Shown one piece after another: positions 1 to 7,650 of a stretch of 64,000 nucleotides of DNA (positions within the stretch are counted from its first letter, which is position 1; each line of letters starts with the position of its first letter). A program made the position numbers and the translations under genes. The notes under the pieces are model-generated. The model did not search any database, was not told the origin of the DNA, and saw only the letters and a list, made by a program, of their open reading frames with translations. The DNA is from Patescibacteria group bacterium (GTDB lineage Bacteria > Patescibacteriota > UBA1384 > UBA12157 > JAENIV01), in contig JBAYHL010000001.1 in NCBI GenBank assembly GCA_041666185.1, forward strand, positions 69,073 to 133,072, in the 5' to 3' direction.

Positions 1-906
1 GACAGAACCATTTTTACCGTTTATCATATTTTAAACGACCAGAATGTTCGAAGGCAGGCTATAAGGAATCTGAAAAACGAAGATTTGATTAATTTTTGGA
101 AAAACGAATTCGGCAAAGCCGGCGACTACCAGCATGTCAAAATGATTGGCGGTATAACAGCCAAAGTCGGACGATTTCTTTTCTCCGCTACCGCCAGACG
201 GATATTGGAACAGCCTAAATCAACTATTAGTTTTGACGATATATTGGATAATCAGAAAATTATCATTTGCAATCTGGCGGAAGGCAAGCTCGGCGAAGAC
301 ACCTCTCAGTTATTGGGGGCAACGGTTCTTGCTAAAATCCAACAAGCTGCCGTAAGAAGAGCGAGAGTTGAAAGCGCCAGCCGGAAACCTTTTTACTTAT
401 TCGTTGATGAATTCCAAAACTTTGCCGACAAATCATTTACCAAGTTCTTATCCGGCGGACGAAAGTTCGGATTGAGAATTACCATCGCGGAGCAATCAAC
501 TGCTCAGCAAGATAATAGAAATATTACTAATGTCGTTTTGGCTAATACCGGAACAGTAATTTGCTTTAGAACCGCTAGCCCCGTAGATGAAGAATTGATG
601 CTCTCGCAATTTGCCCCGCAAGTAGTCCAAGGCGATATAGGCAACCTACCCCGCTACCGCTTCTATATGAAAATGGCGGCAGTCGAACCGCAGGAACCAA
701 TGTCCGGCGAAACGATACCGATCACAACGCCAAAGGATCCGGCAAAGGTGAAAAGATTAATTGAAGCGTCGAGAAAAAATTATGCCATCGAATACGTCAA
801 ACCGACGAAAAAAGAAATGCCGGCTGAACAACCAAAACCCTCGACTAAAGCTAGCCCTAAGAAAACGAGCGAATCCGCTCCCGCCGGCCTGAATTCTTAT
901 AAGTAA
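1..906 (+). CDS. Type IV secretion coupling protein (TraD/VirD4-like), C-terminal fragment; 5' end truncated by window edge
   Basis: The frame is open from nt 1 with no upstream stop, so the gene runs off the window. It carries a Walker-B-like YLFVDEFQNF stretch and a basic Lys/Pro-rich C-terminal tail typical of coupling-protein C-termini. The stop is at 904-906. Confidence 0.5.
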   Translation, partial: DRTIFTVYHILNDQNVRRQAIRNLKNEDLINFWKNEFGKAGDYQHVKMIGGITAKVGRFLFSATARRILEQPKSTISFDDILDNQKIIICNLAEGKLGEDTSQLLGATVLAKIQQAAVRRARVESASRKPFYLFVDEFQNFADKSFTKFLSGGRKFGLRITIAEQSTAQQDNRNITNVVLANTGTVICFRTASPVDEELMLSQFAPQVVQGDIGNLPRYRFYMKMAAVEPQEPMSGETIPITTPKDPAKVKRLIEASRKNYAIEYVKPTKKEMPAEQPKPSTKASPKKTSESAPAGLNSYK

Positions 907-936
907 ATTCTGTGTACACCTATGTACACAGAATTT
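905..936. promoter_or_regulatory. Perfect 14-bp inverted repeat (AAATTCTGTGTACA-CCTA-TGTACACAGAATTT) just after the coupling-protein stop; candidate oriT/operator or terminator stem
   Basis: Read directly. The left arm at 905-918 is the exact reverse complement of the right arm at 923-936, with a 4-nt loop. No U-tract follows. Confidence 0.5.
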
Positions 937-1019
937 GACCGAATTTAAGATTAAAAAGATAAAAAATCACTACCCATATATTTTATATATATACTACACG
1001 CACTAATTGCTTTAAACTT

Positions 1020-1808
1020 ATGAAAATATTATCACCACAATTGAATCTATCCAAACGACAAACCGACATTCTTATTCTTCTCTATCGCTTTCGCTTCCTA
1101 AATCGTCAACACATACAAAACTCACTCAACCACAAATACCGCAGCCGCATCTTATCCTGGCTTAACGAACTAACTAACCAAAACTACGTCAAACAATACT
1201 ACGACAAAACAATCGCATCGTCTCCGTCTGTCTATTCGCTTGATTCAAAGGGGAGAAAATATTTAAAGAATTTAAAGGAGGGAAATATTAAGCAGGTGCT
1301 ATTAGATCGGGTATGGCGCGAGGCAAAATACTCTTCAAAGTTCAGAGAACATTGTTTATCTTTAGCAGATATTTATATTTCCTTGCTTGGCATAACAGAT
1401 AAAAACAAATCCACCCTTCATTTTTATACCAAGACAGATTTGCATGGAACGGAACATTTCATTGCTCCGGCTCCTGACGCTCATTTCGCTATTGAGGAAG
1501 TGAATGGACAAGTCGTCCGTTACTTTCTGGATATCTTAGACGATATTCCGCCAGCAGCTCATCGCAGGCGGGTAGCGCAGTATTTTAAGTATTTTGCCTC
1601 CGGCGAATGGCAGGACAACACAGACAAGCCGTTTCCTGAAATTATTCTTATCTGCCCAAACACAAGGACAAAAGGTCATTTATTCTATTACATCCGTAAG
1701 AAACTCTCGGGAGAGCCTGATATTTGTTTTTATCTCACAGCCAAAGAACTCGTCGACAGGAAGGGTTTGAATGGAGAAACATTGCAGAAGGTTGCTGAGG
1801 AAGCGTAA
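1020..1808 (+). CDS. Replication-relaxation family protein (plasmid/ICE-associated)
   Basis: The N-terminal pattern SKRQTDILILLYRFRFLNRQHIQ matches the Replic_Relax family N-terminus. It lies next to the coupling-protein gene. Confidence 0.55.
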   Translation: MKILSPQLNLSKRQTDILILLYRFRFLNRQHIQNSLNHKYRSRILSWLNELTNQNYVKQYYDKTIASSPSVYSLDSKGRKYLKNLKEGNIKQVLLDRVWREAKYSSKFREHCLSLADIYISLLGITDKNKSTLHFYTKTDLHGTEHFIAPAPDAHFAIEEVNGQVVRYFLDILDDIPPAAHRRRVAQYFKYFASGEWQDNTDKPFPEIILICPNTRTKGHLFYYIRKKLSGEPDICFYLTAKELVDRKGLNGETLQKVAEEA

Positions 1809-1810
1809 TA

Positions 1811-2188
1811 TTATTTTTTTCTGGTGAGACTCTCAACGAGCATTAGGGGAATTGGAGTTAAAAAGAATACAACAAGCCCTTCTAAATATTCTTTATCAAC
1901 TATTATTAGTTCATACATAACTGGCAAAATAAATATCAAATATCCAAAGAAAGTTTTTTTGTAAATTACAAAGAAATGTTTTTTAAATAAGGAGTAGAAG
2001 GATAACGATAATAAAGCCAAAGAAAATAATACATATATAGAATAATAAATATCTCTTGAATACAAATCGCTTGGTTTCATTCCGTATGTAAATTCAATTG
2101 AAATGAGTACTAATGCAACAAGAAGATGAAGTGCGATCAAACACAAATATAGAGACCAAATTATTTTATCTTTAAGACTGAATTTCAT
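1811..2188 (-). CDS. Small integral membrane protein (hypothetical)
   Basis: 125-aa ORF with three or four hydrophobic helices. It is AT-rich. Confidence 0.3.
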   Translation of the reverse strand: MKFSLKDKIIWSLYLCLIALHLLVALVLISIEFTYGMKPSDLYSRDIYYSIYVLFSLALLSLSFYSLFKKHFFVIYKKTFFGYLIFILPVMYELIIVDKEYLEGLVVFFLTPIPLMLVESLTRKK

Positions 2189-2252
2189 GAGGTAATTATA
2201 TCACAATCCACAAAAAAGGCCTGAGAATCTCATGGACTCCCAGGCCTAATTC

Positions 2253-2582
2253 TCAATACTCATCCGCTAGCATCACCGTCATTATTCTTCTGCAACTTCC
2301 AGTTAGCGGATCTTCCCAAGCTTGCAATTCCTGATCGTAGTAGTCGATCTTCCAGAATACCTTGTCGCCGTGCCAATCAAGCCTGCCAAAGTCGTGCTCG
2401 CCCCAAGGATCATTGTTTTCATTGAAAACGTTGAACTCTTTGATTGCTTGAAGCAAACCGGGCAAGTCCTTAACACTCTGAACCCCGCATGTTAGAGTAA
2501 CTCCAAACCCGCTTCTTCTAAATTGATCGTTTAAGATAGCAACCTGCGAACGAGTATCTTCCATTTGTCTAGTAACCATACA
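2253..2582 (-). CDS. Hypothetical protein, conserved-looking (NDPWGEHDFG...DWHGDKVFWKIDYYD), in higher-GC cassette
   Basis: The start is set at the ATG preceded by GGAAGAGGAGG-ttgt (MVTRQMED...). The N-terminal extension in the ORF track lacks an RBS. GC is about 48%, versus about 33% in the flanks. Confidence 0.45.
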   Translation of the reverse strand, partial: CMVTRQMEDTRSQVAILNDQFRRSGFGVTLTCGVQSVKDLPGLLQAIKEFNVFNENNDPWGEHDFGRLDWHGDKVFWKIDYYDQELQAWEDPLTGSCRRIMTVMLADEY

Positions 2583-2718
2583 ACCTCCTCTTCCAATTAA
2601 ATTAAGGACGAGCAGGTCGACCTTCCCGCCCATCTGTAAAGAGGCAAAGAACAAATAGGCTGGCTGGGTCAAGGTGGAGCACCCAACGAGATGAACGACC
2701 TTGAGGCAGACAGTCTAT

Positions 2719-2752
2719 TTGTTCTACAAGATGGGAAGACTGGGCGGGAGGG
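2719..2752 (+). repeat. 33-bp direct repeat copy 1 (TTGTTCTACAAGATGGGAAGACTGGGCGGGAGG)
   Basis: It matches 4945-4977 with one mismatch (C/T). It is also part of an imperfect inverted repeat with 2628-2650. Confidence 0.6.
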
Positions 2753-2825
2753 AAGAAGTTTAGTATTGTTAAATGGTTCAATTTGTAATATAAAAAACTC
2801 AGGAACACAAAGGGGGTATAACAAG

Positions 2826-3209
2826 ATGGCAGAACAAGTTTGTTCTGATAAGTGCACATCAAAGGATAAAGTTCTGGAAATCGTAAGGCAGACAGTCAGC
2901 AAAGGCATTGGGCTAGTTAGGCTCCAGCTTTTAACCCTAGAGGTTTACGAGTTTACCATCGAGGAGGAGAGTAAAGACAAAGAGAATAGAAAGGGTGAAG
3001 CCGGCTACAATATCTTTCTGACTCTTGCCGAAAAAATAATTGATCGGGGCGGTTTTCATTCACCTCGAAGCGTCCAAGTTGTTTACGAATTGGTCATTTT
3101 CGTAAAACATGGTGATATCGAAGATAGCAAGGAACAACTCAAGAGTAGTTTGATCGCACAGCGGGAAATAGCCAAGTCGGATGCGATTACTTGGGGAGGG
3201 AGAGCCTAG
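2826..3209 (+). CDS. Hypothetical protein (128 aa) in higher-GC cassette
   Basis: The ATG at 2826 is preceded by AAAGGGGGTATAACAAG. The ORF-track start at 2691 would read through the direct repeat and has no RBS. Confidence 0.45.
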   Translation: MAEQVCSDKCTSKDKVLEIVRQTVSKGIGLVRLQLLTLEVYEFTIEEESKDKENRKGEAGYNIFLTLAEKIIDRGGFHSPRSVQVVYELVIFVKHGDIEDSKEQLKSSLIAQREIAKSDAITWGGRA

Positions 3210-3254
3210 AGCCTTTCCCTAAACTCATATTCAGATAAAAGGAGGCAGAATCAA

Positions 3255-3989
3255 TTGAAAAAAAGAGTTGCGGTAGTTACAGGGGCAGGACAAGGCATCG
3301 GAAAAGCGATTGCTTTTGCTCTTGCCAAGGAAGAAGGCATGATTGTCGTAGTCGTTGATTATAACGAGACGATTGCAAAAGAGGCTGCTCTGGAAATACG
3401 AGCATCTGGAGGCAACGCTACTGATCTGCGATGTGATGTCGGCAACCCTATCGAGGTGAGCTCTATTGCAGATATATGGCAGAACCAAGGGATTGATATT
3501 CTGGTTAACTGTGCCGGCATTACAAGAGACAAGCTGTCTGTGCGAATGACAGATAGCGAGTGGAGTGATGTCATTAGAACCAACCTCGATGGTACCTTCT
3601 ACTGTTCCAGGACGGTTGCCAATGTGATGCTTAAGTCCCGGAGGGGCGGGTGCATTGTAAATATTGCCAGTGTGATGGGTATCACGGGTAATGTAGGCCA
3701 GGCGAACTATGCCTCATCCAAAGGCGGAGTGATCGCTTTGACCAAGACAATGGCAAAGGAATATGCCTCACGTAATATTCGAGTCAATGCAGTTGCACCT
3801 GGCTTCATCGCAACAGCGATGACTGAGTCCTTGCCTGAGGTAAAGAGGATTGAAATCGAGAAGGCAATTCCAATGGGCCGGCACGGTAAACCGGAAGAAG
3901 TAGCTGAGGTGGTCAAGTTCCTCTGCTCCGATGCAGCCAGTTACATAACCGGCGAAGTAATCAAGATTGATGGCGGCCTGGCAATCTAG
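3255..3989 (+). CDS. fabG: Short-chain dehydrogenase/reductase, 3-oxoacyl-ACP reductase (FabG)-like
   Basis: It has the TGAGQGIGKA Rossmann motif, NCAG, and an S...YASSK catalytic triad context. It uses a TTG start after an AAAGGAGG RBS, and a rho-independent terminator follows. Confidence 0.85.
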   Translation: MKKRVAVVTGAGQGIGKAIAFALAKEEGMIVVVVDYNETIAKEAALEIRASGGNATDLRCDVGNPIEVSSIADIWQNQGIDILVNCAGITRDKLSVRMTDSEWSDVIRTNLDGTFYCSRTVANVMLKSRRGGCIVNIASVMGITGNVGQANYASSKGGVIALTKTMAKEYASRNIRVNAVAPGFIATAMTESLPEVKRIEIEKAIPMGRHGKPEEVAEVVKFLCSDAASYITGEVIKIDGGLAI

Positions 3990-4016
3990 CAGGCGCGATA
4001 ATAACAAAATCATCTT

Positions 4017-4052
4017 CCCCGCAGGCGCTATTGCTTGCGGGGCTATTTTTTG
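4017..4052 (+). terminator. Rho-independent terminator after fabG-like gene
   Basis: The stem CCCCGCAGGCGC...GCTTGCGGGG is followed by CTATTTTTTGTG. Confidence 0.6.
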
Positions 4053-4181
4053 TGTTCCCACACATTATATTCAATGGGATGACTGGCAGGGGAAGATTTA
4101 AAAACTCGTGGTTAATGCATGTTGACTAATTCAGTGCCTCTGTTAAAATAGCACTGGACAAAAAAAGGGGGTGAATGACTA

Positions 4182-4868
4182 ATGTCCAATATTTCCTATC
4201 ATGTGGGCCACATGGCAAGAAGTGTTCGATTGATGTTTGGCTGCAATCCTGTATTGCCGGAAGGTATGGAGATAGAAACAGGCAGTTTTCCTGAGCCTGC
4301 TGTCTACTTAGATCCATCGGGAGATGGCAGTTGTGTGCCAGGCATGAAGATTAAACTGAAGTGGTCAATCTCTCTGGGAGAATCTACCCAGGTGGATCTT
4401 CTTGACCTGAAAGATGAATGGCTAGTCGTACCGGTTGATAGCGTCAAGCTAACTGGTCACTGTGGTTTCACTGTAAAATCAAATGATCTGCCTAGAGGGG
4501 AAACAAGAAAGCTAACGGAAAAGAGGGGCTGGACGAATCGTGCAGATATCTTCCTGAGCGCTATCAGGGTTCTTTCTGAGCACCATACAGCGGTTCCCGG
4601 AGACAGAACGCCGATCACGGAAGATTCTGATCTGGGGAATGACCTCGGGATGGATCAAATTGACTTTATGGCCATAGTCGTTGAACTAGAAGATGTCTTC
4701 GAGATTGAAATTCCCGATGATGCTTTCCCTGTATCACAGGCAGAAGAACTTGTGAAGCTTGAGGAACGTGATGACGGATCGACAAAGCTCGTCGGTCCTG
4801 ATCTGATGGGTCCTGGATTAACAGTCGGACTGATTGTCGATTATATAGAACGGAAGTTGTTCTTGTAA
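4182..4868 (+). CDS. Two-domain protein with a C-terminal acyl-carrier-protein-like domain in which the conserved Ser is replaced by Gln (DLGMDQIDF...)
   Basis: The C-terminal sequence DLGMDQIDFMAIVVELEDVFEIEIPDD aligns to the ACP consensus [27 protein letters not shown], with Gln at the Ser position. An AAGGGGGTGA RBS is present. A terminator lies at 4906-4938. Confidence 0.55.
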   Translation: MSNISYHVGHMARSVRLMFGCNPVLPEGMEIETGSFPEPAVYLDPSGDGSCVPGMKIKLKWSISLGESTQVDLLDLKDEWLVVPVDSVKLTGHCGFTVKSNDLPRGETRKLTEKRGWTNRADIFLSAIRVLSEHHTAVPGDRTPITEDSDLGNDLGMDQIDFMAIVVELEDVFEIEIPDDAFPVSQAEELVKLEERDDGSTKLVGPDLMGPGLTVGLIVDYIERKLFL

Positions 4869-4905
4869 TCGCCGCACACCATCGTTGCAGTTTCCTATAT
4901 TCTCG

Positions 4906-4938
4906 GCCCGTGGGCATTCGCTCGCGGGTTTTCTTTTT
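4906..4938 (+). terminator. Rho-independent terminator (G-U-containing stem plus U-tract)
   Basis: The stem GCCCGTGGGCATTCGCTCGCGGGT is followed by TTTCTTTTTG. Confidence 0.5.
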
Positions 4939-4944
4939 GCAATT

Positions 4945-4977
4945 TTGTTCTATAAGATGGGAAGACTGGGCGGGAGG
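4945..4977 (+). repeat. 33-bp direct repeat copy 2 (TTGTTCTATAAGATGGGAAGACTGGGCGGGAGG)
   Basis: It matches 2719-2752 at 32 of 33 positions. Confidence 0.6.
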
Positions 4978-5041
4978 ACATCACTTGAAAGAACCAAACT
5001 GCCGATTGTTTTTATTGCTAAACTTTTGTATCCTATAAGTA

Positions 5042-7216
5042 ATGAATGAATTCGGGCAATCAATTTTTATCGAGCCAAAGCCACAAGATAGCATGGGATC
5101 TGCAGAAAGCTATCAAGCTTTGGATGCGGAAAATGGCCAGGAGGGAGAACGAGCTTTCACCGCAGAGGAATTAAGAGAAATTGATTCTAAGAGAAAAATT
5201 TTAACTTCACTGGCATATTTTATTGGTAAAGATTTCCAAATGCCGGTGGAACTTAATAAGCCAGGAGGTGGATGGCACTGGGACTTTAAGGAAAATGTTG
5301 TCAGAGTTGATCCAAAAGATCTATTAGATAAGCCTATGGATTATCTCCGTTTTGTTATTTCTCACGAAGGCGGTCATCGCAGAATTTCTCGTACAGAATT
5401 CATACCTTTAGAGACATGGCGACAGCCTGGATTTTCTTTTATGATGAATGCAATCGAGGATCCAAGAGACAATAATTTTGTAGCAGAAAATTACCCCAAA
5501 TTTAGAGAGCAAATGAATTTGGCTTATGAAATGGATCTAGATTGGGAAAATAAGTCGAAAGAAAAAGCCGAGTCTAAACTTGGCTACCAGCCAAGATTTA
5601 TGCAAGCCGGGTTTGAATATATTAAACAATGGTTTCACGAACAAAAAGGCACTGAGGCAGTAATTGATGAATCCTTACCAGATGAAGTTAAAGATGTCGT
5701 CGCTAAAACTTTAGAATCGGCTCGTGCTTCATGGTGGACATATCCGTCTCGTCAGGAAGCCGATGAAGATGAAGAACTTATAAAAAGATATGCAGAATCT
5801 TCCTACAAAATTAGCTTAGAAAATATATGGCCGGAATTCCAAAAATTAATTGAAAAAGACATTGAAGACCAAAAAACTCAGGAATTATTAGATGACATGC
5901 AAAAAGAAAAAGGTGAGGATGGAAGTACTGATTTGCCACAAGAATTGAAAGAACAACTTTCTCCCGAAGAACAACAAGAGCTAAAGGATGCAATAGATAA
6001 GGCAATTGAAGAAACAAAGCAACAAGGAAAGGGAGAAGCCCAAGAGGGAAAACCAAGTGAAGGAGAAGGAGAACCAGGAGAAGAGCCGAGCCAAGGAGGT
6101 AAACCAATCGATCTAGGCTCTTTGTCTCCCGAACTAAAACAAAAAATAAAAGATTTTATTGACTCTCTTCCCAAAGACAAGAAACAGGAATTAAAAGAAA
6201 GAGCTCAAAAATCTATAGCTGAATTCGAAAAAGACCTCGATAAAGAAATCGAAGGAAAAATGTCAGATAACCCCGACAATAGAGAAGAAGGGAAAACAGC
6301 AAAAGCAGAGCCGTCCAAGCCTACGGAGCAGCCACAAGAACCAGAAACTCCAACACAAACGACTTCTCCAGAATTGGAAAAATATCGTGAGATGATTGCC
6401 GAGACTCTTAAAAAAGATGAGAATACTTACGAGGAAAATAGACGAGAGGTACTGTCTATTATCGATAGTCTTGAAAGCGATCTCCGAGAAATATTTGTCA
6501 CTCGACGTATGCATGCTTGGAAGGGCGGATATAAATCTGGAAAACGGATCGATATTAAAAGGAGAATTCAAGAAAAAGCCAAAGAGGTTTCAGCGATGGA
6601 AAGCCGAGCTTGGGAAAAGCGCGAGATGCCAAGCGAAAAGGATTATGCTATTAGTCTCTTGATTGATTTGTCGGGTTCGATGCGTGGAGAAAAGATAAAA
6701 GAGACTTTTAAAGCCACGATTGTTCTTGCAGAAGTCTTAAATAGGCTTTCAATTCAAACGGAAATCTTAGGATTTAATGACCGAGTTTATGAGTACCAAA
6801 AATTTGGAGAGAATATTTCTCGAGAAATTAGAGAGAATATGGGAGGAATGCTCCAGGAGGTTTATGATACTAGCGGTACCGGGAAAGCTCAGTGGAATGA
6901 TGACGGTTGGGCTCTAACACAAGCTTCAGAAAGATTGGCTAAACAAAAAGCTGTTGAGAAGTTCTTGATCGTTATGTCGGATGGAGCACCGGAAGAATCA
7001 TCTATGCATCCTCGATCTGAATACGATTTAAGCAAAGTGACAGAGAAGGTATTGAAAGAAACAGACCAAAAACTTATAGGTTTAGGAATTGGTTATGGTA
7101 CAAAGCATGTTGAACATTATTATCCGAACAGTTTGGCTGATGTTAGCTTAGAAGAAATGGCTGGTAAACTGGCCGATCTGATCCGTGAGGCTATTGCTAA
7201 CTACGATAAATTCTAA
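5042..7216 (+). CDS. vWA-domain protein with N-terminal HExxH metallopeptidase-like domain and a central acidic/Lys-rich low-complexity linker; MoxR-associated
   Basis: An HEGGH (HExxH) motif sits near residue 110. A MIDAS motif DLSGSM and a downstream SDG motif lie in the C-terminal vWA fold. A long E/K/Q-rich linker separates them. A MoxR ATPase gene is two genes downstream. Confidence 0.7.
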   Translation: MNEFGQSIFIEPKPQDSMGSAESYQALDAENGQEGERAFTAEELREIDSKRKILTSLAYFIGKDFQMPVELNKPGGGWHWDFKENVVRVDPKDLLDKPMDYLRFVISHEGGHRRISRTEFIPLETWRQPGFSFMMNAIEDPRDNNFVAENYPKFREQMNLAYEMDLDWENKSKEKAESKLGYQPRFMQAGFEYIKQWFHEQKGTEAVIDESLPDEVKDVVAKTLESARASWWTYPSRQEADEDEELIKRYAESSYKISLENIWPEFQKLIEKDIEDQKTQELLDDMQKEKGEDGSTDLPQELKEQLSPEEQQELKDAIDKAIEETKQQGKGEAQEGKPSEGEGEPGEEPSQGGKPIDLGSLSPELKQKIKDFIDSLPKDKKQELKERAQKSIAEFEKDLDKEIEGKMSDNPDNREEGKTAKAEPSKPTEQPQEPETPTQTTSPELEKYREMIAETLKKDENTYEENRREVLSIIDSLESDLREIFVTRRMHAWKGGYKSGKRIDIKRRIQEKAKEVSAMESRAWEKREMPSEKDYAISLLIDLSGSMRGEKIKETFKATIVLAEVLNRLSIQTEILGFNDRVYEYQKFGENISREIRENMGGMLQEVYDTSGTGKAQWNDDGWALTQASERLAKQKAVEKFLIVMSDGAPEESSMHPRSEYDLSKVTEKVLKETDQKLIGLGIGYGTKHVEHYYPNSLADVSLEEMAGKLADLIREAIANYDKF

Positions 7217-7230
7217 TACAATTTAAACAT

Positions 7231-7641
7231 ATGGAAAGCAAAAAATTTCATCAATTTATCAAAGATTCTCAAGGCCAAAAGGAGCTTTCTTTAGCGTTGG
7301 CAAAATCAGACGAAGAGTTTATTAAGTTTCATGCTTTTCTAACAGAAGGTGGATATATCGGATCGGATGATATTTACACTGTCTTATCGCACCTTGAAAG
7401 ACATAAAAAAGTCTATTTAGTTATCAATAATACAAGCGCAAAGGTCCTTTACGATTTTGCCACGCAATACCCCACCGGACAAGTAAATCTTTTAAATCCC
7501 AAAACCATGGAAAACAAAAGTTTCACTCCTGACTATAAAAATCATTCGCTAATTTTACTTACAACATCAGAATACTTAAAACACATTGTCAAGCATGATT
7601 TAGATTTTATAAATATAGTTGGAATGGTATATAAAAGTTAA
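7231..7641 (+). CDS. Hypothetical protein (136 aa) between vWA and MoxR genes
   Basis: ORF on the same strand with tight spacing, consistent with operon membership. Confidence 0.45.
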   Translation: MESKKFHQFIKDSQGQKELSLALAKSDEEFIKFHAFLTEGGYIGSDDIYTVLSHLERHKKVYLVINNTSAKVLYDFATQYPTGQVNLLNPKTMENKSFTPDYKNHSLILLTTSEYLKHIVKHDLDFINIVGMVYKS

Positions 7642-7650
7642 AGGTAATTT

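Noticed and set aside
2691-2825. N-terminal 45 codons of ORF 2691-3209
   Set aside because: This stretch reads through the 33-bp direct repeat and has no RBS. A strong RBS precedes the ATG at 2826.
5811-6180. Antisense ORFs inside the vWA gene low-complexity region (5811-6107 and 5878-6180; similar cases at 17076-17288, 50786-51013, 52563-52841)
   Set aside because: These are embedded antisense in well-supported longer genes and are low-complexity or hydrophobic artefacts of repetitive codons.
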